Source of the DNA: the human T2T-CHM13v2.0 reference genome, Homo sapiens
Length of the DNA stretch: 64,000 nucleotides
Strand: one strand, 5' to 3'
Assembly: GCF_009914755.1 (NCBI RefSeq)
Contig: NC_060927.1
Both the position numbers and the translations under genes were made by a program. The notes below the pieces were generated by a model. It had not been told where the DNA came from. It worked only from the letters and a program-made list of their open reading frames with translations, and did no database searches. Position 1 is the first letter of the stretch. Each line of letters starts with the position of its first letter. Positions 12,172 through 25,763 of the stretch are shown here, piece by piece.

Positions 12172-12597
12172 GTAAGCCAAATTTGTATTGTAGTTAATCC
12201 AAATTGATCCTGTTAAGTGAAATTGGTTAAAATCTGGTTTTATAAACTTTTTAATTTTATAAAATAAACAGGAAGGAATTGTGTTTATTTATTTATTAAT
12301 TTATTCATTACTCTCTTGCTGATGTTCTCTTCGGTCTGAAATGGACCTGGCTGTTCTTCTAAAACTTAACATTCTTAGTGAGAACAGTTATAGGTGAACA
12401 AAATCTCCTTTAATGTTTTAGCTTCTACCTCTGTGAAAATGTTGTGTGTGTTAGCTTCAGTAATACGCTATGTTTTGTTTTCATTTTATAGTTTATATAG
12501 TGTTGATTGTGTGCCAGATACTATTCTGATTTCTTTTATTTGTATTAACAAATTTAATTCTTACAACAATCCTGTGACCAAAAGCTATCCTTCTCTA

Positions 12598-13037
<440 letters not shown>

Positions 13038-13419
13038 TTAGAGAATAGTTTTCTTTCAAGAAGGAGACTTGTCACACACCCACTGCAGCCACCATATGTG
13101 AAAGTCTCCTGCCCATGGGAAAGCCAGGCTTTACTTGAGTGATTACAGTGCCTAGTGTAAAGGTACCCATGTAGAAAGCTGGGGGTTGTCATAGTCATCT
13201 TTCTCCCCTTAGTTTCTCACATTCAGTCGCAGGTACTACTGTTCTTTCAACAGTGTTTCACTTTATTAGTCCCTTCTTCCCTGCGTCCATTGAAGGAGTT
13301 CAAGTTGTTATTATCTCCAACTGGATGTGCTTAAGCAGTAGCCCCTGTTCTTCTTTCCTCTTATATATTACTCCACTCTAATTCTTTGCAAGTTGTAGGC
13401 TTGAATAGCCTTTTTCTTT

Positions 13420-13668
13420 CTTAGTAATGACTTTATTAAGATATAATTCACATACCATACACTTCATTCAAATTGAATAATTCAGTTGGTACATGCACAG
13501 AGGTGTGCAACCATCATTCTGGAAAGAAATCCTGTATTTTTTAATAGCAGTCACCCCAGCCCTAGGCATCTGCTAATCTACTTTGCCTCTATAGATTTGT
13601 CTGTTCTGGGCATTTCATATAAAAATAGAATCGTCTTTTAGTTAACATAATGTTTTAAAGGTTCACTG
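13420..13668 (-). mobile_element. Old L1M 3' UTR fragment
   Basis: ctttattaagatataattcacataccatac...gtgcaaccatc...tgctaatctactttg, typical of antisense L1MB/MC. Confidence 0.65.
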
Positions 13669-13912
13669 TACAGAAAGGTTACGTATTTGGCCTGGGTTCA
13701 GCCAAGGGCTTGTAGCACAGAACATCCCTCTGATTGTTCCTCGGAAGCTGCGACCTTGGATTTGTGTATAGTCTGGACTACTAGGGATTATTGTGGCTTT
13801 AGCTGGACTCTTTGATTAATCCACCCCGGCATCCCCCATCTCCTGTTAAGCTTTTGACTAGTCTGTGTCTATTGGTATCATACTCAGCTGTTTGTCTCCA
13901 CTAATTCCTAAC

Positions 13913-14341
13913 AGTATTAGTTTCCTAGGGCTGCTGTAACAAATTACCATAATCTGGGTGGCTTAAAACAACAGAAGTTAGTGCCTCACAGTTCTGAGAA
14001 CTGGAAGTCTAAAATCAAGTGTCTGCAGGGCCATTCTCCTTCAGAAACCTTTAGGGAAGAATCTTACCTAACTGGTCTGGTGTTTGCCAGCAGCCGTTGG
14101 CCATTCCTTGGCTTGTATCTGCATCACTGCAATCTCTGCCTTTGTATTTACACAGCATTTTTTCTCATGTGTCTGTGTCTTTACATGGTGTTCGCCCCTA
14201 TATGTGTATGCCCAAATTTTCCTCCTCTTACAAGGATATCAGTCATACTGGTTTAGGGTCGACTCTGATTAACTTGCAGATTTGGGAAGGGGATTAGGAC
14301 TTCAACTTTTTTGGGAGGGGCTGGCACAATTCAGTCCATAA
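13913..14341 (-). mobile_element. MLT1B/C MaLR LTR
   Basis: gtattagtttcctagggctgctgtaacaaattacc...ggcacaattcagtccataa. Confidence 0.85.
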
Positions 14342-16502
14342 AGAGCTTGTTCTTTACCAGCTGTGCCACTTGGATCTACCCTGCAGAGCAGGACCTGTGT
14401 GTATACTTGTTTGTGAAGACGATAGAAACTGATGTTGCCATCCAACTCCCGGCATCTAGTAGGGAGAGTCAGAGTGGCAAAACAGGCATTGCCTGGCTGC
14501 CGCTACTACCTACTTGGTACAGGTCTTCTGTAGCATGGAGCTTTGGGAAGCAGTATCTGCTGATGTTCACCAGCTGCTAAATCTCCTAGGAATAGCTCTT
14601 CTACTCCTGGGACCTACAGGAGATGAGAGCTGCTACTCAACTGACCCCACTAGAATAGCTCTTCCATAACACAGAGTTGTGGGGGAATGGGGGTAGTCTC
14701 TTATCTCGAATGCCATGGCTTCCCACTATTATGACTGAATTTCGATAGATTTTGTTGAATGAATGTTTTACAATTTGTTGTAAGCCCTCTGATCAATCTC
14801 CAGAGACTGAATCATTGTCTTTGCTAATTTTTGCTGGTTTAATAAGTGTTGGAGAGAAGAGATTTATCCAAGCTCTTTATACTCCCATTCTAGAAGTCTA
14901 GCCCCTTGAACCGTTTTTAAAAGCACCACCTTCCAGTGTAGAGATTGGGATGACATATAATTCATCAGGTAATTTATGCCGTAAGAGAATGATTCACATT
15001 AGTGTCAATGTTATTTTTCAACATACTCAACTGCTGTAAAGTTTTATAATCCTTTGTCATAAAAATAGAAATTATTTTAAAGTTTAATAGCCTGCTTTTT
15101 GTACCATAAACAAAACATAGAAGAAAAACTTAAGTGGTTAGAGAAGAATGCTAATAACCTTTCATTCAATGAGTGAAATTATTCTTGAAATATTTAGTAA
15201 GTTATATAACCAAAGTCTTCCTTTAGCTGGAAGCTGGAATTTTTCATAGTGAACTTAATAGTGCATCTCTTTCATGAGTATTTATTTGATGTAAATGTCA
15301 CCATCTGGGCTGCAAATTTTCTCTTATTCAGTTAGTTGAAAGGGTCGGTAGGATACCTTTAAAACTTTAAAAAACTTTAAATACATTTAGTGCCTGCACT
15401 TAATAATTTGTATCTAAGCTGAGTTCAAGATGTCTAAAACTGGAAGCTATGAGAAATTTCTGTTTTTCCTCCCAGTCTAACATACTGTTTTTTGGACAGA
15501 ATCCCCATGTGACTTGATTAATGATAAGGAATAATCACAAAGTATTTTAAAAATTATTTTCTGTAAAGCTTCATAGTCTATATCTTAAGATGGTAACTAT
15601 CTCTGTGTATATGTTCATTTATTTTAATAATGCTTTTATTATTTTAGAGATGGTTTGAACCTTATATTTTGTTTAGTCCACCCTCATCATTTTGATGAAG
15701 TAATTAAGTCCAGAGAGCATGTAACTTCGTAAGCTTTACAGTCTAAGGTTACATATATAACTCTAAAGGAAAGAACAAAAACCATAATACTTCCAAAAAT
15801 CCCTGAAGCAGTGCGTAGTATTTTTTCAGAAAGCTTTCATAAATACAGTGTATTTTCTCTATAATTTAATATTATCATTATTTTGTCTAGCATTAATTTG
15901 GTATCTATAATAAATAATTGATTTTAGCCTTAACTTAGCTGTAGAGTCCTAAGGATTATATATTTATATATTTTTTCTATTAGACAGGCATTTTCTTGTC
16001 TCCTTTCACAACATACGTGGTTCAGTAAAACATAAAATCACTTGTCAATAGTTAGTATTAATATAAATATATAATATCGTGTCTATACATTTCACTTAAT
16101 TTTTGAATCCATGAATTAGGAATTATCTAGATTTATTAGGCTTAAACAAATAATTATTTGCTTTGTTTTGTGCTGTACTGTTGATAAAGAAGCTGTCTAT
16201 ATGTTATTATATTTGATCCTCACAACCACCTTATGAAGGTAGGTTGGACAGCTTTTATTATTTCTGTTTTATTGATGAAGAATCAGGTTTGGTGTTTAAG
16301 TAAATTGCCTACATTTTATAACTTTAATAATTTGCTCCTATAGTTACCCATTTATTTTTATGTTACTGGTTAGTCATGGTAGTACTTACTGTCTTGTTTC
16401 TTCTAGGGAATACAAAAGTCTTGATTTTTATTCTAGACAATTTAAGAAGACCAATTTGGGTCATTTGGCATGACCCCAGGGCTAGCTCAGGTGTAAGTAA
16501 TA

Positions 16503-16726
16503 CGGGGTGAGCATCCCAAATTCGAAAATTCAAAACACTTTGTAATTCACAACTTTTTCAGCACCAACATAACACTGAAAGGAAATGCTCATTCAATTCT
16601 CAATTGGATTTTTGGATTTTGGATGCCCACTAGGTAGGTATAATGCACATATTTCAAAATCTGAAAAAATAAAATATCCAAAACACTTCTGGGGTTAAGC
16701 ATTTCAGATAAGGGCTATTCAACTTG
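16503..16726 (-). mobile_element. Tigger4a (MER46A/Zombi) MITE
   Basis: Imperfect TIRs cggggtgagcatccc and agggctattcaacttg; internal gaaaggaaatgctcatt; TA on the left flank. Confidence 0.85.
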
Positions 16727-16789
16727 TGTAAGTTAAACTTCTCTGAATGCCAGGATTCCTTTTTTTCCCTTTTAGCAAACTCCTGTCCT

Positions 16790-17052
16790 TATTTTAGTTT
16801 TAGTTCAATGTCACCTTCTCTGTGAAGGCTGCCGTTTTTCACAGGATGCAGAAATCTCTTATTCCCCTGTGCTTTCTCATAGCACTTTTGTACTTGCCTC
16901 ACTTGGTACAAGTATTATTTGTTCATGCCATGATTGATTATTGAGCTCCTTGAAGACAAAAGTTGTGATATACCTCTTCACTTCTCCATGGCCTTGAATT
17001 AACCATAATGGAGCTCAGTAAATGTTTTTAAAGTAAATGAATGAACAAATGG
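16790..17052 (+). mobile_element. L2 3' end
   Basis: aatgtcaccttctctgtgaaggc...gagctcagtaaatgtt...aatgaatgaa tail. Confidence 0.7.
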
Positions 17053-17949
17053 TACATGCTTGATGTGTGTCTGTAAACTGTATAAGCCAAACATTGTGTA
17101 CTCCCTGTTTCTGGAATAACTGTGCAATGCTAAACATTTCTTTGACTACTTACTATATGATGTCTGCTGGTTTTTGCTGCATAAATATTCTGATATCTTC
17201 AGTTGGTGCTTAGCCAGTTTATTCCTGTTCCACTGCATCACTTATGATTATTTGGGACCTGGATGAAGCAGTTTCATTGTAATGTTGTATTAGTCGAATC
17301 TGTGATTTTATAAAATACAAATTAAATTTCTTATAAAATGAAGTTTGTCACTCATATTTGTCTAAATTTGTTTAAAAATAAAAATCCTAGCTAAACTCTT
17401 GCCTATCCCAGAAATGAATTTAAGGACCGTATTCCTTATGAATTATGAAGGGAATTTAAAAGGGAAGCATCCAGGAAGGTGTAATTAGTGTCTGGTAAAC
17501 TGGCTCTTGTGTTTTCTCTGCCTTTCCTCTCTTTCTTTTACCAGCTACCTGTAGACCATTTCCCTGTTTATTAGCTGCAGTACCAGAAGGTGGAATAGGA
17601 AATGAAGTTTACATCCTTCAGTTTTGTTATTTGTTAGCTGATTTCTTAAATTTTAGGTGTGAAGAACTATAAAAAAGTTAGGTTGTTTGTGCTGCATCCT
17701 TATTATTTTTTGTATCCTGTTATCACAGGCATTGATGACTTATGTATAATTGAGTAAAGCTGCAGGAAAGAAAAGCACTTAGGAAATGCCTCTTCAGATT
17801 TTCAAGATCTTTTCACACCTCTCTTGGAGAAAAGAATTTAAAAAAAAAAAACCTAAATGGATTCTAATTATTTTCTTTATCTGTGGTATTTTGTTTTGTT
17901 AAATAGTGTGTTATATAATGAATAGTGGAATTGGGTTCAGTTGTGAATT

Positions 17950-18095
17950 ACAGGAAGTGACACATATGATAAAGATTGTGGTTTTATGTCTGTTCAACAA
18001 ACCACAGTGGAACTGAAATGAAACTATAAATATTTTAACTACACCAATTGCTTTCTGCCGCCAAGCAGGACTAGTCCTAATGAAAACTAGATAAG
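17950..18095. promoter_or_regulatory. Candidate haematopoietic-type enhancer (ETS/GATA/RUNX/ETS-IRF motif cluster)
   Basis: ACAGGAAGTG 17950, TGATAA 17967, TGTGGTTT 17977, AAACCACA 17999, GGAACTGAAA 18009, AGATAA 18089. Motif evidence only. Confidence 0.4.
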
Positions 18096-19110
18096 CTGAT
18101 ACAAAGTTGTTGAGAAGCAGTACAGAATATAGGTCCTTATGTACCATCAGGAAACTTTAGCAGTTTTGAATCTTCTAGGCACACATTACTTTTGATCAGT
18201 AAGAAACAATTATTAGGTTATTTTACTCTTTTAAGAATTGAAGTAGCCACAATAAAGCTATTGTGTGTTTTTTTTTCCTTTGGGACAAGGATTTAGATTT
18301 AATAATAAAATGTGTTTTGTATAGTAAATATTCATGAAACAATTGAAAAGCAAATAAAAACATTCAATTTGTGTACTCTTTTCACAATTTACATACTAAT
18401 CTGAGGCTGGGCTGGAGGAGAAATATATTCCCACATTATTCACTTACCAGGAGTATACCATACTTTCAGAAGCTTTTTCTTGACTAGTGATGACTCTTAA
18501 GATTTTACTGTTAGGATTTGAACACTTGTAGGTCCTTTAGTATACAGAAAACATTAGATATATTTAATGGGATAGCATAAGTAATTTCCATTCTCATTCT
18601 TTTCTTGAGTTTTAAAGTCTAAACCCATAGACTTACACACTTAGTCTTTGTCCACTAGTCAGAATGTTTACACTTTGCTAAGTAGTTATGAACGTCCTCT
18701 CCGGTGTATTTGTTTCATTTTTCACCATGTGAGGCTTGACTGCTTAGTTTGTGTGAGAGAATGTGCTACTGTGAGAAATATAATAGTGAATATCTAACCC
18801 CTCCGTATCACTGACCTTCGGTCTAGTAGAGGAGAGACCATTATAAAAATAACTAGGGAGCCCTTATATCCTAACTTCTCTTATCCTGGCAAAATTATCA
18901 ATATCACCCTTTTTCACTTTCCAGTGTTGTGGTTTGGGTGATGAGTGATATAGTCACACTGTGAGTAATGAGGGGAAAGAACAAATATTTTTAACCTGAT
19001 ACTTTTTCTGAATTCATGTTTAGGTGGTAGAGGATACCATTTGATTCTTGGAGACTCCCAAATATAATTTTCTGTCTCATTTTGACTTCTTGTAGATACA
19101 TGCTTTGTAA

Positions 19111-19417
<307 letters not shown>

Positions 19418-19710
19418 ATCTGTAATCTTTTAAAAAGGAAGAGAAGGGTACCAATTATCTGGCTTTTCAAGATTTTTCCAAACATTTTTTGAAAAATTTC
19501 TGAGTTTTTGGAATTAACCCTTTGAGCAGCTGCTGAGATTTTTATGTTCTTAAATTGGTTAGATTAAAAGAAACATTTAAGATGTGTCTGTCCCTTGCCT
19601 TTTTCTAAATAATTTATGATTAATGTCACATATCCTATACAAAAAAAAGTATGAGGTTGTATGTAGTTTTGACTTGAGATTTTCCAGAAGTCTTTTAATG
19701 GCACATAAAG

Positions 19711-20467
19711 GTTTTTTGTTTGTTTGTTTTTGTTTTATACTTTAAGTTCTTGGGTACATGTGCACAACGTGCAGGTTTGTTATATATGTGTACATGTCCC
19801 ATGTTGGTGCGCTGCACCCATTAACTCGTCATTTACATTAGGTATATCTCCTAATGCTGTCCCTCCCCACTCCCCCCACCCCACCACAGGCCCTGGTGTG
19901 GGATGTTCCCCACCCTGTGTCCAAGTGTTCTTATTGTTCAATTCCTACCTATGAGTGAGAACATGCGATGTTTGGTTTTCTGTCCTTGCGATAGTTTGCT
20001 GAGAATGATGGTTTCCAGCTTCATCCATGTCCCTGCAAAGGACATGAACTCATCCTTTTTTATGGCTGCATGGTATTCCGTGGTGTTTATGTGCCACATT
20101 TTCTTAATCCAGTCTGTCATTGTTGGACATTTGGGTTGATTCCAAGTCTTTGCTATTGTGAATAGTGCTGCAATAAACATACATGTGCATATGTCTTTAT
20201 AGCAGCATGATTTATAATCCTTTGGATATATACCCAGTAATGGAATGGCTGGGTCAAATAGTACTTCTAGTTCTAGGTCCTTGAGGAATCACCACACTGT
20301 CTTCCACAATGGTTGAACTAGTTTACATTCCCACCAACAGTGTAAAAGTGTTCCTATTTCTCCACATCCTCTCCAGCACCTGTTGTTTCCTGACTTTTTA
20401 ATGATCGCCATTCTAACTGGTGTGAGATGATATCTCATTGTGGTTTTGATTTGCATTTCTCTGATGG
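19711..20467 (-). mobile_element. 5'-truncated L1PA (about L1PA4-6), about 750 bp
   Basis: ORF2 C-terminus in ORF 19938-20180 ([19 protein letters not shown]); 15-bp TSD taatggcacataaag (19696-19710 / 20468-20482). Confidence 0.96.
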
Positions 20468-21332
20468 TAATGGCACATAAAGTTTAATCTGCAATACGGA
20501 ATCTGATATACCACCCCTTTCCTCTCACCATCATCTACTCTATTTTACTAACATGAAACTCCTTAAGCAGCCTTTTAACTAGGAGAAATACTTGTATCAA
20601 CCAATACAGAAAGATTATTTATTGTTCTTATAGGCAGGTTTGTTTGTGGCTGCAGTTAGTATTAGACTGTCACTTGGGATGTTATTCTGGAATTGCTTTT
20701 TCTAATTCTTTCAGTGAAGGTATGTGACTCGTTCTCTTTTTTCCTTTTGCAAAGCAAAGGCTCGACAAAATTTTATAGACTGGTGAAACATTTTGCAGGT
20801 CTGAAAAAAGTGTTGTAAACCTGCTCATGAGGTTCAGACAAAACTTCTGTGCATAAATTAGGAGTTGGTGTTGTCTAGGAGTTTGTGAAGATTAAGTTTT
20901 TCAGGGTTCTGATTTCATGAAATGTCATTCTAGATTTCTGTCAATCTCAATTATAGGATGATAGAAGTATGCTGATTTCTCGCTTAATAATTATGTAGTA
21001 TTTGCAATAAGTATACAATAAGAACTTATGTACTTATTGTACATATTATATGCAGTATACAATAAGTATACTTATGTTGTCTTATTACCATAAACAGAGC
21101 AGTGGTCATGATATATAAATACTGAGGAAATCAAATGTTTTCTTTTTTTGTGATCTAATATGAAAATCAATGCAACATTTCTGGATAATTTGCGACAATA
21201 AAAAAGAAAAGAAATATGAGGCATGCAGTAATCTTGACAAGCAAATTTCCTAATTTGCAAAATAAAAAATTACATTAGATAATCTCTAAAAAGAACCTTC
21301 TATCTCTGTGTCATCTTTGAATCTATAAAATA

Positions 21333-21670
21333 CAGTTGGTCCCTGACTTACAATGGTTAGATTTAAATTTTTTTGACTTTATGATGGTGCAAAAGTGATA
21401 AACATTCAGTAGAAAATGTACTTCAGTGTGGTATTCAGTGAGTTACAGGAAATGTTCAACATTTTATTTAAAATAAGCTTTGTGTTAGATTGTGCCATAT
21501 TTTGCCCAACTGTAGGCTAATGTAAGTATTCAAGCATGTTTAAGATAGGCTAGGGTAAAGCTATGATGTTTTAGTAGGTTAGGTATATAAATGCATTTTT
21601 GACTTTGGATATTTTCAGTTTATGATGGCTTTATTGGGATGTAACACCATTGTAAGTTTAGTCACATCTG
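21333..21670. mobile_element. Tigger3a (MER7A/Golem) MITE
   Basis: TIRs cagttggtccctgacttacaatgg and ccattgtaagtttagtcacatctg, with TA on both sides. Confidence 0.88.
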
Positions 21671-21708
21671 TAGATTCATTTAGCTAAAATGCCGTAATCT
21701 CTCTCTCT

Positions 21709-22009
<301 letters not shown>

Positions 22010-22833
22010 TAAAATGCCTTAATCTCGATAGGCTTTTTGCACATGCACTATTTAAATTGAGTACAATACTCAATACTTACGCCCTTGCCCCCTTCTCCCT
22101 GGATCTTATTTGCTAAAGTAGACATTGATTTCTCTTGAAAATGTAACAAAATTTTTGTTGAACATTTTAGTGTTTAGTGAAAAGATGAGAATTCTCAGAC
22201 ATGAATTTTTTATTTGATAATAGGAAACTGTAGTTATAGGGGAAAGTCAGTATTTTGAAAAGGCAAACCAAATAGGCAAATATTTATGGAGTTTCTAACA
22301 CAAGCAAGGCTCCCTCTGTCAGAATGGACATCAGGAAATGTCCACTGAGTGAACATTCAATAAATTTTATCAGTTGCTGTGGGGGATAAAATTATATATA
22401 ATTTTCGCTTTATAGTTTGTTTTGAATGTTCTGGAAACAGTTAAAAGTAAATGAGTGTTTATATTTTGCCAAAGTATCAAGACAGAATAGTAGGCAGACA
22501 GTTGGTATTTAGGCAGGCAAAAGGGCAGATTCTCTGCCAAATGGTTGTAAATGAATTGACGCAAGGAATTTAAATATTAAGCTTTGATGAGAGATTGTTA
22601 AATTTTCTCAATATTATTGTTTCCATTGGTATGCAAGCTAATTAGATACAACAACTAATTGGAGCCGGTGGCTCAGACTGGCTTGCCACCATTGGCACAC
22701 ACACTGGATGGCGGCACAGTTGTTCTGATTGTTGGCTAGGAAGTCTTCCATCAAGGCTTAGCTGTAGTCTTATCTGCAAATTCCTCCTGGTCTTCTCTGG
22801 AGAACGTTGCCGTACATGGGTCTTTGGAAACAA

Positions 22834-22854
22834 GGAATTTCCCAGGAAATCCCC
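22834..22854. promoter_or_regulatory. Tandem NF-kB sites with an overlapping STAT6-type site (candidate)
   Basis: GGAATTTCCC-A-GGAAATCCCC; both reverse complements fit GGGRNWYYCC; TTCCCAGGAA (TTC-N4-GAA) at 22839-22848. Confidence 0.45.
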
Positions 22855-24304
22855 ACCATCTTTACTGTCTGTGATATTAATACAATTTGTACTCTGCCCT
22901 TTTAAAATATTTTAGTGATCTTAAAACTTGACCACTCTGGAAGAATGGAGAAGTTCTGTATTTGGCAAGAATAAAAAGTATTACAAAGCATCCTGCTTCT
23001 GCGTTAAGTGGTAGTTTACAACAAAGCTGCTGATCTTAATTGTGCATTTAAAAAAACAGGAATCTTGTTAAAAATTTTTATTTCTGTGATGCTACCCCAT
23101 ACATTTTAGTACAGTAGGCATGGGATAAAAGAAACACTCGAGAAGCTAGCCTTTCCTCAGCTTTCCTAGAATGGAGACTGCCTCCTAAAATATTCAGAAG
23201 TCAGAAATTATTTTAAAACTAAAGTGTTAATGAGCAAATTTAAATAAAGTTGGTCTGTAAATATGTACTTCAGAGCTGAACTTAGTACTCTCTTTTCACA
23301 GCTCTAAATGTAATACTTTCAATTACATGAACTCATTAGTCTCTATTAGCATACTTCCAGGCTTTAGAAATAAAGACTTTGAAAGAGCTCTTCTCTTATT
23401 TTATTGTATGGAAGTAAACATTGAAAAATAAAGAATCCTTACAAAAGTAAACTTAATCTACGTTGCTGGCAGAATACATTTATTCTATAGGAGGTAGGTG
23501 ACAGCTGTTTTTAAAACTTTGACACATAAGTACAAGAAAGATTAGAATCCTGTGGTCCACATTATATATTGAATAGTACACGAATTACAAGGAGGAATGA
23601 TTTGGGTGTCCCCTAATTGAGTCACTTGAATTTGGATAAGGCAGAGTGCTTTCCCTGGAGGTGTATGGAGAGAATTCACATGACCCCTTCATTGTCCAGC
23701 AGCTTTATGCATCAAGATTGGACTAGAAAAAATGTGGGATGAATGAATTTAGGATTCTAAAATGCTCCAGACTTTTCAGTTCTTTTTGTTTGCATAGTTG
23801 CATTCTAAGAACAGATCGAATTACTATCCTAGGCTCAGAAAACACATTTGAGGTTAGTTTTGTCCAAAGAGCATATTTAGTCTTCCTTAATAAAAGTATA
23901 TAAGAAAGGATTTATTGTTATTAAAAAAGATTAGAATGAAACTGTTAAGCTACTTAATTTTTTCTAATTATCTTTTATGATTCTGTAATACCTAGGTAGT
24001 TTATGCATATAATTAATATATTAGTTGACTATTCTTGCTTTTTTCTTTTTTAAAAAAATTAATGTTTGCATGGAATATCTTTTTCTCTTCATTTTCTTTC
24101 AACCTATTTATGTATTACTTTGGATTTTAAAAGTAAATCAAAGCGAAGTTCACATCTTAAATGTTCTCATGAAGTTCTTTTGAATTTTTTCCATTAGTGT
24201 CAGAATACATGTTTGGGTAAGTGGCACAAACACTTTTAAAATGTAGAAAATGGAATATTGGTACAAAGCAGAGTAGAAACAGCTTGATTCAATAAGTCAG
24301 TCTT

Positions 24305-24910
24305 TAAGTCATTAAACAGATATTTGTTCAGTACCTGATAGGTGCCAGGTTTAGGTGCATTGTTTAGGTGCCAGAGAGATAGTAATGAACCAAACAAAGA
24401 AAACAAAGTACTGCCAACCTGGAGTTTACATTGTAGTGGAGGAAGAAGAAAATGAACAAATAAACTATATCATATGTCAAAATGTAATAAATACTTTGGA
24501 GCAAAGTCAAGCTGGGAAGAGAGCAGAGAGATAGCTGTCAATGGATGGGGGCAGGGAGGGGGGTAAGGTGGTGATTTCAGATAGGGTGATCAGAGAAGAC
24601 CTCTCTGATAAAGTGACACAAAGACCATAAGATGGTGAGGAGGGGACAAGGTGTGCTAATTTGTCTGGTAGAAGAGTGTCTGAGGTAGAAAAGGGCATGC
24701 TGACATGTTAGAGGGACCAGTGGGAGATTAGAGTGACTGGAGAGGAGTGAGCCATGGAAAGAGTGGGAGGAGATGAGAGAGAGGAAGTAGGGGATTGAGC
24801 CATGATGAATCCCGTAGGATATGGTAAAGACTTTGGTTTATGTGAGATGAGAAATCACTAAGGGTTTTGAACAGAGTAGTCACATGATTTAGCTTACATT
24901 TCTAAAGGAA
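24305..24910 (-). mobile_element. L2 fragment
   Basis: cattaaacagatatttgttcagtacctgataggtgccagg...agggtgatcagagaagacctctctgataaagtgaca...ggtaaagactttgg. Confidence 0.8.
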
Positions 24911-25198
24911 CATTTGGTCATTTGTGTATACTTGTCTAGTTGCTTAGTAAATGACAGCAGAAAGACAAGAATTTAATGCAACTAATTTTAAAATTTTTTT
25001 TAAAAGATGAAGTTGGACTGGATAATTTTGCATGGCCTTTTTACTTCTAAAGTCCTATGCTTCTTTACCTTAATACGGATCTGAAATAATTGATTTAAAA
25101 AATTTTAAAGTATGTAAAGGAATATTGTGGAATAATTTGTATTAATGCTATTGCTGTATATTTTGTATATTCAGTGCTTTATTATTTATATCTTTCCA

Positions 25199-25477
25199 CT
25201 TTTTTTTCTTTTTGAGATGGGGTTTCGGTCGCCCAGGCAAGAGTACAGAGTGGCATGATGTCGGATCGCTGCAGCCTCGACCTCCTGGGCATCGATCCTC
25301 CTACCTCATCCTCCTGAGTAGCTGGGACTACAAGTGCTGTGCCATTATGCCTGGCTGATTTTTGTATTTTTAGTAGAGATGGGGCTTCATGATGTTGCCC
25401 AGGATGGTCTTGAACTCCTGGGCTCAAGCAGTCCACCTGCCTCAACCCCCACAAGCATGAGCCATTGTACCTGGGCA
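25199..25477 (-). mobile_element. AluJ
   Basis: Diverged dimer; TSD atctt(t/g)ccactt. Confidence 0.9.
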
Positions 25478-25721
25478 TCTTGCCACTTCTGAAAAACAAA
25501 TGCATACATGGCAATTATTAAAATAAAGATAAATCACTGGGGAAAAACATTTAAAAGCATGTGACTTTAAAATTTAAAAACTGTATGTAATAAGATTTTG
25601 AAGAAAGAAAAGTTAATAGGATTTATGTAACGAAAGAAAATAATTGTGACAGAAAACTGGGCTAAGGAAATTGGTGCATTTGAACACAAATTTTAGCTTT
25701 GAGCTTCCTGGCAGCCAGTGG

Positions 25722-25724
<3 letters not shown>

Positions 25725-25760
<36 letters not shown>
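25725..25760. repeat. (TG)18 microsatellite
   Basis: Uninterrupted TG run. Confidence 0.97.

Positions 25761-25763
<3 letters not shown>

Noticed and set aside
16407-16492. Possible exon (tacttac...ttctag| ... cag|gtgtaagt) with a gggtcat/atgaccc hairpin
   Set aside because: Splice-like pairs are common in T-rich introns, it abuts decayed repeats, and there is no independent support.
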